Shown in pieces: positions 1-11,296 of a stretch of DNA of 64,000 bases. The stretch lies in NCBI GenBank assembly GCA_965603825.1, contig CBFDEM010000047.1:744001-808000 (forward strand), given 5' to 3'. The DNA is from Blepharisma stoltei ATCC 30299 (lineage: Eukaryota; Protista; Ciliophora). The notes beneath the pieces were generated by a model that did not search any database, had not been told where the DNA came from, and saw only the letters and a program-made list of their open reading frames with translations. Within the stretch, counting starts at the first letter, position 1. Every line of letters starts with the position of its first letter. Position numbers and translations under genes: made by a program.

Positions 1-400
1 TGGTGACTTAAATAAAAAATGCGAAGCCACCTGTGCATAGCAATCTGATCCTTTCTGAGTTAATTTCAGATTGCAAAGAAAAATTTGACATTAATGGACA
101 TACAAAATGCAAGCTTTTTGATTCTGGAGTAGGAGAACTATCTGATGATGACCTTGATTATTTAAACCCAGATGAGCCGCTTTTTCTTTCACAAGGCGAA
201 GAATTTTCAAAAAATTCAAGTATACTAGTATATGAGCCAATAAAACAATTCGGGGAAGGAGGTTTTGGGTCTGTATGATTATATGAGTATAATTCAAATA
301 AAAATTTAGCAGCATTAAAATTTGTCTCATTTGATTCCCTTATATCAGCTGAAGATGTAAATAGAGTTTACGCAGAAATTGAAGTTTTAAGAGGTCTCAG
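1..400 (+). pseudogene. Truncated, frameshifted duplicate of the 5' part of the kinase gene at 2615 (runs off the window start)
   Basis: Near-identical to 2662-3060. It has a 1-nt insertion near position 30 and homology stops abruptly after gaggtctcag (~400). Confidence 0.85.
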
Positions 401-1244
401 GAATTAATACATGGGATTTTATTTACAATTGTTGCTATCAGTTTTGTAATCTTCACATTTAAGCATAAAGCCTATAATTATCCTCGGTTCAGCTGATGAC
501 TTTCTTTAGGCCTAATAGCTGCAACTTGAACTTCATTTTTGGCAACTATAATATAAGCCTTCAAAAAAATTCAAAGCATTGTTTGGAGATTTATATTAAT
601 TCTTGGGTATATTGTTATAGCAATGATCGGCTGGACAGTTCAAAGGAAAAAATATCCAAGTTTACTTTTAGAAAAACGGTAAAAAATACGATCATTTTGT
701 TTAAATTTGCATTTACTTTCAGAGGGAAAAGCTCTAAGATTGCTCCGCTTAAGTCAGTAGAATAAAATATTTTACTAATTTTCGAAAATAAAACATCATG
801 AGCCTCTATTTTATTTCCTATAATAAATGATTTACAGATGTTTAATGAAATGCACTGTAATTGGAAGTACAATTTGTTTCTTTGATTTATTGGAAAAAGG
901 TATAATATCGATAGTAAAAAAAAGACTTCAGATAAGGGACTATTAATATCAAGAGCGATATCGTTACATTGCAAATATAAAACATTTCATGCCAAAATTA
1001 TTCATGATCATGCTATAGCATATTGTAGATTCTCGATGTCTATCAACTTAATCAATAATTTGCATTCGTATTAAATGATAAAAAATCAAGTCAAATTTTC
1101 TTTAGTCAGCACTTATCAAGTTCAATATTTATATTATGTCTTAATCTGAAATGGGATAAAATAAATTAGTTACAAATTCGAAGATAATTTGATAAAAAAT
1201 CACGCTATAAATATGCCGATAAATTTATTTATATAGCTATTTAC

Positions 1245-2234
1245 TTAATTATTGTTCTTTAGATATCCATGAATCCACTTTACTCCGCCTTCTTTATTTT
1301 TCAAATACTTAACCAGCTTTTCATAGCACGGATAAAATGGATTTGCCATCAAGTTTGCATCTGGAGGAACATTTTTATGCAGTTTTCCTAATTTAATAGA
1401 ATCCAAGATTTCTTTTAAGTCTTGATATTGAGGCTTGTTTTCAAGCTCCTTCAGAAGTATTTGCTTATTTTGTTGTCTATATTCAACAACAGCTTTTTTT
1501 ATCATAAAATTATAGCAAGATGCACTTGATCATTTTCCTAGGTAAAATTGAACATTAAGCAAATTTGGATTTATTTGATAATGGGCTTTTGCTTGAGATT
1601 TAGTAAATACCCAAAATTTTTTTGTATTTGAGCAATTCATGCACAGAGGCTTTTTTAATAAAGGGCAACGAAAGAAATTGTCCTCTTCCATCAGCTTGTG
1701 ACAGCCAATACAGGCTTTGAGGGCCATTGCTATATATGAGTTTTTCCAATTGTTGATTTCTATTTCTGGAACTGGAAACTCATTTGTGTAATAAAAGTGT
1801 CAAAGTTCTTCATCTCAGGTAATGTGGTAGAATTCTTTACATACAAAGGAAAGTTTTGAAGCAGCCTCAGCTGGGCTCATAAATCTAAAGACTTCAATTC
1901 ATGCCCTTTTATATTTAGACGGTTTTGATTCCACTTGTTTTAGCATATTAGGAGGAGAATGATAAGGCTTATCAATAGGTGGATATTTAGAATTTCATTC
2001 CTCAAGCCACTCTTTAAATCTTTGTTCCGCATCACCATCTAAGTTCATTCGAATGTCCTTTTCACAGATATATTGCATCACTTTGGGTCTATAGCAGTTC
2101 AGATGGTAATATTCATTCCCACTCATATGGTAAATGAATATCCTGATGTCGTTTTTATTAATTATCTCGTTACAGACCCTGCAAAGAGTTTGATTTGACT
2201 TGCAATATTGGGCTTCAAATTTAATTCTGAACAT
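1245..2234 (-). CDS. zf-PARP-like zinc finger + F-box + XPA-like Zn module protein (329 aa, UGA=Trp)
   Basis: ORFs 1995-2234, 1530-1727 and 1245-1505 share one frame and are interrupted only by TGA. Motifs: EAQYCKSNQTLCRVC..I.K.DIR..YHLNC; WIEVFRFMSPAEAASKLSFVCKEFYHITWDEELW; CIGC..CPLLKKPLCMNC..FTKSQAKAHY. Confidence 0.75.
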
Positions 2235-2614
2235 TTTGGATATAAATTACAAAATAATAGACTATTCATTTTTGATATGTAAATTTAGAGGATTTAATTG
2301 AATTTGTTATAGACACTCAAGCTGCAATAATTTGCCCTTATCTGCAGATTTTGGCTTTATTAAAAGCATAAGAATCTTTACATAAGGAAATGGCCTATTC
2401 AAGATCTTAAAGTTTTGTAATAGCCGTAGCTCAACTTTAAAGATTTTTTCAATAATTAGTGGTTTGATTAAAATTAGGAGATAGTAAGTCAAATTATGCT
2501 TTTCACTTTTGGAAAGGCAGAAATCTCTATAAAACTCTATTAATATGAGAAATTCTTTTAATTTTCCATTAAATCTTTTCTATAATAGATATTGAAGTTA
2601 AAAGAATTTTAGTC

Positions 2615-3865
2615 ATGGAATCAGCCAGAGTAACTTTTATTCAGGTAAACGTCTTTTTGAATGGTGACTTAAATAAAAAATGCGAAGCTACTGTGCATGG
2701 CCATATGACCCTATCTGAGTTAATTTCAGATTGCAAAGAAAAATTTGACATTAATGGACATACAAAATGCAAGCTTTTTGATTCTGGAGGAGGAGAACTA
2801 TCTGATGATGACCTTGATTATTTAAATCCAGATGAGCCTCTTTTCCTTTCACAAGGCGAAGAATTTTCAAAAAATTCAAGTATACTAGTATATGAGCCAA
2901 TAAAACAGCTCGGGGAAGGAGGTTTTGGGTCTGTATGGTTATATGAGCACAAGCTAAACAAAAATTTAGCAGCATTAAAATTTGTCTCACTTGATTCCCT
3001 CATATCTGCTGAAGATGTAAATAGAGTTTACGCAGAAATTGGAGTTTTAAGAGGTCTCAGACACCCAAATATAGTCCAGCTTTATGACGCTTTTCCTCTT
3101 CAAGATAAAATTTGCTTTGTTATGGAATTTTGCAGCGGCGGAGAAATGCAAAATTATCTTGAAGAGCATGGGAAAATCCCTGAAGACGAGCTTTATCATA
3201 TCGGCTGCCAAATGGTAGAAGCAATAAAATACTGTCATGACATGAAAATTATCCACAGAGATCTGAAGCTGGAAAATGTCCTTTTTGCTAACGACTCAAA
3301 AACACAAATAAAAATCGTTGATTTTGGGATAGCAGGAATGTTCGCAGGTGCTCACAGTGAAAGAAGTGATGCTGGGTCTTTGCTTTATATTGCACCGGAA
3401 GTGCTGGCTAAAGAAGATAACAGAGCAAATCCAGCACTCGATATATGGAGCATTGGGTGTATTTTTTATTATTTATTGACTGGATTTCATCCATTTGAAC
3501 ATGAAACTCAAAATGAAATTATTAGGAAAATTGTAAATTGCGAGTATCAGCCTTTGCCAAATACAGTATCAAGGCCATGGCATAAGCTGATAAGAGGAAT
3601 TTTAAGGCTAAATCCTAGGAGAAGATGAAATTCGTTGAGGATTATTGAGCATTTGTATAAATATAGATTTGAAAGAGATGCAAGTTTAAGCCCTGAGTCA
3701 GAAGAAGAACAGTCACCTGCACAGATTGAGAGTGGCAAGAAAACCAATAGACCAGGAAAATACTCAAAAATTGGAGCCAAGCCTGTAGAGTAAATTTTAT
3801 TTAGAAAAAAAATCGAAATTCATTCTCCGAAGAAAAAGGACCCAAGAAAAATTATTAAAAAGTAA
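2615..3865 (+). CDS. CAMK/AMPK-like Ser/Thr kinase with N-terminal ubiquitin-like (KHA/DCX-type) domain; one TGA-Trp and one 15-nt intron
   Basis: GEGGFGSV, HRDLKLEN, DFG and APE motifs. TGA at 3626-3628 reads through, and removing intron 3790-3804 extends the frame to TAA 3863-3865. Confidence 0.88.
3790..3804 (+). other. 15-nt spliceosomal intron GTAAATTTTATTTAG
   Basis: GT..AG with A at position 10. Removal deletes an in-frame TAA. Confidence 0.7.
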
Positions 3866-3938
3866 TATATTTCTTAATGGCTTAATTAAAAAAAGCTATT
3901 TGCAATTTTTCTTGCATATTGCATTACCTTGTTGAAAA

Positions 3939-4718
3939 ATGTCTTTATTCCTGACTGTTCTCTCACAAATAGTAGGATGGATCTATTTTGCAGCATGGTC
4001 TGTTAGTTTTTACCCTCAAATCCTCCTTAACTACCAGCTCAAGCACGTCTCAGGCTACTCATTGGATTTTGGAGTCTTAAATTTCAGTGGATTTTTAGCT
4101 TACTCGTTATACTCAATCTGGGGATATATAGAGCCTGGGATAATGCCAGGCCAAGTCGACTGGTCTGATATAGCATTTGCCTGTCATGCCTGGCTTATAA
4201 CAACAATAACCCTTATCCAATGCAATTACTATGACTCTGTATGAAATAGGACCGCTCTATGGGTGAAGCTTTTAACCTTATTTTTCTGGGTCTCTGGTGC
4301 AATATACGGAATTTTGCAATTAACAGGAAATATGATTACAGCTAAAGACTGAAATGGCTGCCTTTATCTTGGGTACATAAAAGTCTTTATTACATTGATT
4401 AAATATTTGCCTCAAGTCTATATGAATTACTCAAGAAAAAGTACTATAGGGTGGAGCATTATGAATGTATTATTGGACTTTACAGGAGGATCTTTGAGTA
4501 TTTTACAGATATTTATAGATGGAGCTAATACAGGGGATTGGAATGTGTTTGGGAATGGAGGGGCTTTTAATGTGGCGAAATTCTGTTTAGGATTTTTATC
4601 AATGTCTTTTGATGTTATTTTTATGATACAGCATTATGTGCTATATAGAGAAAATAATAACAAAGGAGTGGTTAAAGGAGTTGACCTTGACCCACTTTAT
4701 AAAAACCGTCATGATTAA
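3939..4718 (+). CDS. CTNS: Cystinosin-like PQ-loop lysosomal transporter
   Basis: GWIYFAAWSVSFYPQ and IKYLPQVYMNYSRKSTIGWSI..VLLDFTGG..S motifs. Two internal TGA read as Trp join the two ORFs. Confidence 0.9.
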
Positions 4719-4844
4719 TAATTTACTAAATAAGTAATATTTATAATTTAAGAGTGCGGTCTGATATCTTGCTAAAAGAGAGATTTTTTGAGATTATATT
4801 AGAAACTTTAAATGCCTATGAGTTAGATTGAAAGCAATAAAAAG

Positions 4845-4917
4845 CGCTTCCACCTGGGTTTGAACCAGGGACCTTTTGGTTAACAGCCAAATGCTCTGCC
4901 GGCTGAGCTATGAAAGC
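4845..4917 (-). tRNA. tRNA-Asn(GTT)
   Basis: GCTTTCATAGCTCAGCCGGCAGAGCATTTGGCTGTTAACCAAAAGGTCCCTGGTTCAAACCCAGGTGGAAGCG. Full cloverleaf followed by a T-run. Confidence 0.95.
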
Positions 4918-5121
4918 AAGCTGATATCCAAAACAAGAAAAGCCTTTTCAATAAGCCAAAAATATTTTCGTTAAAATTTTTTGAAAATAGATTTCTAAGT
5001 TATCCAGATATTATAGAATAATTTTAAACTAAAAAATAAAGATTTTATAGAAAATTCAAAATTTATAGACTTGACTAAAAACAACCACATTACTTTGCAT
5101 TTCTATATCTATTATTTATTA

Positions 5122-5620
5122 CTACCTAGAGCATCTTTTCTTTCTTGCTGACTCTACTGTTTTTTGGACTCCAATACTCCCAGAAGGTCCTAGGGCTTTT
5201 CCCAGTCTTTTATCTTTGATTTCTTTTGCGATATGATAAAACGTTTCATTAATATTTATGTTTGTTTTGGCACTGGTTTCAAAAAATTTGATGCCCAGCT
5301 CCCTTGCCAATGCTTCTCCTTGCTCTGTGCTGACTTTCTTATCAGTTTCATCACACTTGTTCCCAACCAGCACCTTGACCGTGTCTTCCTCGGCGTACAT
5401 TCTGATTTGTTGCATCCAGTTGGGTATGTTTCAAAATGAATTCATATCTGTACAATCATAAGCGAGGATGATCCCCTTGGCGATTCCGTAATAAGGCTGA
5501 GTGAGGGCCCCATATCCTTCTTTTCCTGGAATGTCCCAGACTTGAAGCTTGATGGCTTTGCCTTCAACATCAATTATTTTATTAAAATCTTTGAAAATTG
5601 GTGTAATAGGACTAAGAAAT
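5122..5620 (-). pseudogene. 5'-truncated divergent Rab8/Sec4-like copy 1
   Basis: WDIPGKEGYGALTQPYY, GNKCD and ETSAK are present. There is no P-loop or start codon, and there is an in-frame TAA upstream. Confidence 0.8.
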
Positions 5621-5920
5621 TATAGTATTTTGCACTTATTATTTTTAATATTACAGCAAATTTAAATATTTCAAGGGGCGTGCTTGTGAGTTTTTTGATT
5701 TTTGCTATTTTTAGCATTCTATTCTCTTAATCCTTCAACCCTAATAATTGAATTCTACTAAAGTCAAAAATAAATTTTCTAATAGTTTTGCTTCAATCAG
5801 GCAAGTAAATATGTAATTTTATAATTTAAGAGTGCAGTCTGATATCTTGCTAAAAGAGAGATTTTGGGGATAGATTAAAAACTTCAAATGCTCATGAGCT
5901 AGACTGAAAGTAATAAAAAG

Positions 5921-5993
5921 CGCTTCCACCTGGGTTTGAACCAGGGACCTTTTGGTTAACAGCCAAATGCTCTGCCGGCTGAGCTATGAAAGC
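5921..5993 (-). tRNA. tRNA-Asn(GTT)
   Basis: Identical to the 4845-4917 copy. Confidence 0.95.
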
Positions 5994-6121
5994 GAGTTGT
6001 TAGCTACTTGCATTATTTGATTTTATATAAAACAAATTTTTGGAATTTGTAATAATAGTAAAATATATCAATTAATTTAAGATTTGAGCCAAAAAAAGGA
6101 AATAAAGAGGTTATTAAAAAG

Positions 6122-6194
6122 CGCTTCCACCTGGGTTTGAACCAGGGACCTTTTGGTTAACAGCCAAATGCTCTGCCGGCTGAGCTATGAAAGC
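6122..6194 (-). tRNA. tRNA-Asn(GTT)
   Basis: Identical to the 4845-4917 copy. Confidence 0.95.
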
Positions 6195-6396
6195 AAGCTG
6201 ATATCCAAAACAAGAAAAGCCTTTTCAATAAACCAAAAATAATTCATTAAATTTTGTGAAAATAGACTTCTACGTTAATCCAGATATTATAGAATAATTT
6301 TAAATGAAAAATGAGGTTTTTCATAGAAAATTTTAAAATTTATAGGATTTGACTGAAATAACCCAAATTACTTTATATTTCTATATCTATTATTTA

Positions 6397-6945
6397 TTAC
6401 TTCCCACAGCATCCTTTCTTCTTGTCCGGCTTTGTTGTTTTTTGGACTCTAATACTCCCAGTAGTTCCTAGGGCTTCTCCCAGTCTTTTATCTTTGATTT
6501 CTTTTGCGATATGGTAAAACGTTTCATTAATATTTATATTTGTTTTGGCACTGGTTTCAAAAAATTTGATCCCCAGCTCCCTTGCCAATGCTTCTCCTTG
6601 TTCTGTGCTGATTTTCTTATCAGGTCTGTCACACTTGTTCCCCACCAGTACCTTGGCCACGTTTTCATTGGCGTGCATTTTGATTTGTTGCACCCAGTTA
6701 CGTATATTGTTAAATGACTTCTCATCTGTACAATCATAAGCGAGGATGATCCCCATGGCGCCTTTATAATAAGTCTGAGTGATGGTCCTAAATCGTTCTT
6801 GCCCTGCAGTGTCCCAGATTTGAAGCTTGATGGTTTTGCCTTCAATATCAATTGTTTTAAGTTTAAAATCGATGCCGATTGTTGTAAGATGGGACGCTGT
6901 GAAATTATCATCTGAAAATCTGAGTAAGAAGCAAGTCTTACCCAG
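6397..6945 (-). pseudogene. 5'-truncated Rab8/Sec4-like copy 2 (canonical switch II, C-terminal CC)
   Basis: [43 protein letters not shown]. The first half of the P-loop and the ATG are missing, and there is an in-frame TAG upstream. Confidence 0.78.
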
Positions 6946-7319
6946 AATAATTAAAGTGATTGAATCTGGTTTTTCCTAAATAGAAAGCTAGCTAGGTTAT
7001 ATCTGAGAATTTTAAAGTTTAAAGTTAAAGGATTGAATTATAACAACTTATTTTTGAGCTAAATTGTATTTGGTATTGACTGATTTTCTAAAAAATGATT
7101 ATTTATTATATTATAGATAAACAAATTGGAGGTTTAATTTAAAAGAAACTCTTCCGCATTTTTATCTAAGTCAAAAATAGCTTTTCTAATAGTTTTCCTC
7201 CAATCAAAGAAGTAAATAAGTAACATTTATAATTTAAGAGCGCAGTCTTAATATTTTGCTAAAAGAGAGATTTTGGGGATTTTAAAATGCTTATGAGTTT
7301 GATTGAAAGCAGTAAAAAG

Positions 7320-7392
7320 CGCTTCCACCTGGGTTTGAACCAGGGACCTTTTGGTTAACAGCCAAATGCTCTGCCGGCTGAGCTATGAAAGC
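7320..7392 (-). tRNA. tRNA-Asn(GTT)
   Basis: Identical to the 4845-4917 copy. Confidence 0.95.
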
Positions 7393-7586
7393 AAGCTGAT
7401 ATCCAAAACAAGAAAAACCTTTTCCGTAAGCCAAAAATATTTTCGTTAAATTTCTTGAAAAGAGTTCTACTATAATCCAGATATTATAGAATAATTTCAA
7501 ATGAAAAATAAGGCTTTTATAGAAAATTTCAAAATTTATAGGATTTGACTGAAAATAACCCAAATTACTTTATATTTCTATATCTA

Positions 7587-8095
7587 TTATTTATTACAGA
7601 ATCTTTTCTTCTTAGCCAGCTCTGTCGTGTTTTGGATTCTAAAACTCTCAGTAGTTCCTAGGGCTTCTCCCAGTCTTTTATCTTTGATTTCTTTTGCGAT
7701 ATGGTAAAACATTTCATTAATATTTATATTTGTTTTGGCACTGGTTTCAAAAAATTTGATCCCCAGCTCCCTTGCCAATGCTTCTCCTTGTTCTGTGCTG
7801 ATTTTCTTATCAGGTCTATCACACTTGTTCCCCACCAGTACCTTGGCCACGTTTTAATTGGCGTGCATTTTGATTTGTTTCATCCAGTTACGTATATTGT
7901 TAAATGACCTCTCCTCTGTACAATCATAAGCGATGATGATCCCCATGGCGCCTTTGTAACAAGTCTGAGTGATTGCCCTAAAGCGTTCAACTCCTGAAGT
8001 GTCCCAGATTTGAAGCTTGATGGTTTTGCCTTCAATATCAATTGTTTTAAGCATAAAATCGATTCCGATTGTTATAATCGGAATAGGAAATTATT
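7587..8095 (-). pseudogene. Rab8/Sec4-like copy 3 with internal TAA and 5' truncation at the retroelement junction
   Basis: [17 protein letters not shown] motif. TAA at 7854-7856 replaces GAA, and there is an indel near 8080. Confidence 0.85.
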
Positions 8096-10520
8096 AATTT
8101 TATTTAATTTTGTTTTCTCCATATCTTGCACCATATAGCACCACCTGTAGCAGTCCTAGTGTTGATCTAGCTACTCCTGAGTCATCTAACTTCTATAGTT
8201 CCATTCTATACTTGAAATCTGATAAAAGTTGGTGCACCTGCATATTCAATCCCTTCCAAGTGATCGGTACACTCTTGTTGATTTTTATTCTCTTTTTCCA
8301 ACCTGTGCACGATACTCTCAAGTTCGTCAGCTTCACAGCATCCCTAAGCTTCTGTTTTCATCCACCTTATCCATCATCTGCATCCTTTCATCTTCCTGAT
8401 ATTCACTCATTCCTAATAATTATAGGGTTTCTCTGCATCTTATCTTCCACGATAAAAGCTTCCTAGTATTCAGCTCCCTCGTCAGAACTGTCAAGTGATC
8501 TTCATGCCGCCATAAATCCTCTTTCTGAATCTGAGCAGCCGTATCCTCATGTGGCTTACAAGTGTAATTCACCCTATGTCTAGCAGGAATGTCTCTATCA
8601 GTGCCTGCAAGAGCATGAAGCAATAGTCTAGCTAGTCTCATCCTTTCATTTTCAGCGCATATGAGGGTAGTAGCATCCCATACTTGTGTGAACATTCTCT
8701 GGCATATTCTAACATAGTTGTGACTCATATTTCAGCATTGACTGTTTTTTTGTGATCTGTAGACAGTTCAAGCCTCCTAGTAGTGACCTTACTGCTAAAC
8801 TAGCCAACTTTCCACGTTCAATTGCAGCTTTATTGCCAGCGATTCTACCTCTTGATATTTTATCACCTTACCCAAGTATTTAAAGTGTGTCACTTGTTCA
8901 ACTGCATTCCATCTGCTACTACTTGTAGTCTAAGCAGAAGGTGCTGCCTGCTAATTACAGATGGGTAGGTTTGTAGAGTTGCAGTAACTCCTGATCCTAT
9001 TGTGTATACATCAATTTCAGTCAGCACCCATTTTGGTTTGTGCAAATAGATCATCACCATGCTACATGGACGTTGAAATTTCCTATTACTATTTCTCGCT
9101 TATCCATACTACGGCTTTAAACCATTGATTCATATAGGCCTTCATAAAATTCCTCAATTTCATTTTCGTTGCTCCTTCGACTTAAGAATATACCTTACAC
9201 TCTCCTTCCACAAATGCTCGCATTAGCTCAGTTTCCATTTATTTTCTTACGAGGATGCCTACTCCTCAATTCTTTCTATTCCTAACTTGCCGTCCACTCG
9301 TATCCATCAACTCCTGGGAGGTCTTCATCTTTGGCACAATGAGTCTCACATATCCCTACTGCATCTGGTCTATTTCTTTTATGAATTTTTTATCTGCTAT
9401 CCTTTCTTTCTGGCTCCATTAATCTTAATGTAGGCTATGGTTTTCAGTCTCTTTTGTGTAGTCTCCTTTATCCTTTTCACATTAGGCTGACTTCAGGTTT
9501 TCTTTTTAGTCCATCTTTCTATTCTTCCTGTGTTTTCTTTTCCGATCGCCAATTGTCAAGCTCACTGATGTGGCAGGGTTCCTAGCATCTTTTCCCTCCC
9601 CCAACTTCCTCAGTCTGCCCGACTTCTCGTCTTTCGCCCCTCCATTTAGTTCTAGGCTAAAATACTTAGCTTTTAGTTTCCTCTGTTTGCATTCTGTTCT
9701 CCTGACTTTTGCCTTCACTAATTCACTTCCTTTTTTCTCCTCCTCTTCTTTTCCCTCGCCAGCTTGTTTCTCTTAGTCTCTTCTGGCTGCAATGCTCTCA
9801 TGGCCTCGATCATTGTGGCCTAGTTGCTGTCACACCCCTCAGAAGAGCGATACGGCATGATTAATTTAAACTTTTTGTAATTTCGTCGCTTAAATCAAGT
9901 GCTCTGTCGAGTGATCCAAATTCCCCGTATATAGTGTACCTTGAATCAGTGCTGAAATGGACATTATTGCTTTCCTTCCTATGTAATCACGTTATCCACC
10001 ACTATCTCTACCACCTTGCATGACTTGCTTAGCTCCTCCATGATGTATCCTTGCTCAATTCCTATAGGGGCCGTCACTTGCATGTTATATCTCACATAGT
10101 TAATCTCCCCTCCTTTAAAAACTGGTCCAACTGGTATTGTGTGTTTTCTGCCTTCATGCTGCACTGCTATTTTCCTTTATCTTTTAGGTCCTTTCATGCA
10201 ATATCCTCCCCAAAAGTAACTACTGCATCTCCAGATGGCAGTTTGAGACTCTTCAAAAGCGTATCTGTCCCTCGTGTTTGCCTCCAAGGCTATGATAAAT
10301 GAGCTATATAAACTTTTCTTCGATTCCTCTCTCCCTTTAGCGCAAATTTGGACAAGTAGAATTTTAATGTCTTTCCTTGACATCCTGTGTCATCAATCTT
10401 TGACTATACGTTGACTGAGCTCCAAAGCCATAACAGTAACCTTTTCTGCCAAATCCTAGGACTTGGAGTTCTTCATCCTTCGCGGCTCTTAGACTAGTTT
10501 GCTTTTGCTCCAAATCTGCA
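8096..10520 (-). mobile_element. Degenerate, internally deleted non-LTR (LINE-like, APE-RT) retrotransposon
   Basis: Higher GC than its flanks. Minus-strand remnants in LINE order: ORF1-like PIGIEQGYIMEELSKSCKV (~10000-10070) and a knuckle-like motif (9800-9841); AP-endonuclease motifs PDAVGICETH (~9341-9368), GVGILVRK (~9244-9268) and IVIGNFNVH..W..S..TNQNG (~9025-9092); RT C-terminal VEQVTHFKYLG (~8871-8903); C-terminal CCEADELESIVHRL (~8300-8340); A-rich 3' end (~8096-8118). Many stops and frameshifts. Confidence 0.82.
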
Positions 10521-10687
10521 AAATAAAAATATTTTCGTTAAATTATCTTGAAAATAGATTTCTACATTAATTCAGATATATAAATTTAAAAGAAAAAATA
10601 AGGTTTTTATAGAAAATTTCAAAATTTATAGGATTTGACTGAAAACAACCCAAATTACTTTATATTTATATAATCAATTATTTATTA

Positions 10688-11296
10688 CTACACACAGTAT
10701 CCTTTCTTCTTGGCCGGCTCTTCTATTTTTTGGACTCTAATAATTCTAGTAGCTCCTAAGGCTTCTCCCAGTATTTTATTTTTGATATCTTTTGCGATAT
10801 GGTAAAATGTTTCATTAACACATATATTTGTTCTGGCACTGGTTTCAAAAAATTTGATCCCCAGCTCCCTTGCCAATGCTTCTCCTTGCTCTGTGCTGAT
10901 TTTCTCATCAGGTCTATCACACTTGTTCCCCACCAGTACCTTGGCAGGGTTTTTATTGGCGTGCATTTTGATTTGTTGCATCCAGTTGCGTATGCTGTTA
11001 AATGACTTCTCATCTGTACAATCATAAGCGAGGATGATCCCCATGGCGCCTTTATAATAAGTCTGAGTGATGGGGAAAAATCGGTCTTGGCCTCCAGTGT
11101 CACAGATTTGAAGTTTGATGGCATAGCCTTCGATATCAATTGTTTTAAGTTTAAAATCGATGCCTATTGGTGTAAGATGGGACGCCATGAAATTATCGTC
11201 TGAAAATCTTAGTATGAGAGATGTCTTACCCACTCCACAATCACCAATTATGAGAAGCTTGAATAGATAGTCGTATCACACTGTTCTTCTGTCCAT
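10688..11296 (-). CDS. Full-length divergent Rab8/Sec4-like GTPase (202 aa)
   Basis: MDRRTV(W=TGA)[19 protein letters not shown]...[18 protein letters not shown]...GNKCD...ETSARTN...GYCV. Confidence 0.85.

Noticed and set aside
420-1240. Short ORFs 496-765 (+) and 615-974 (-)
   Set aside because: AT-rich, non-ATG or motif-free, with no recognisable family; likely intergenic or decayed DNA.
4845-7392. Identical 73-bp repeats as a CRISPR-like array or SINE
   Set aside because: They fold as complete tRNA-Asn genes with T-run terminators. The spacers are long and mutually homologous, and there are no cas genes.
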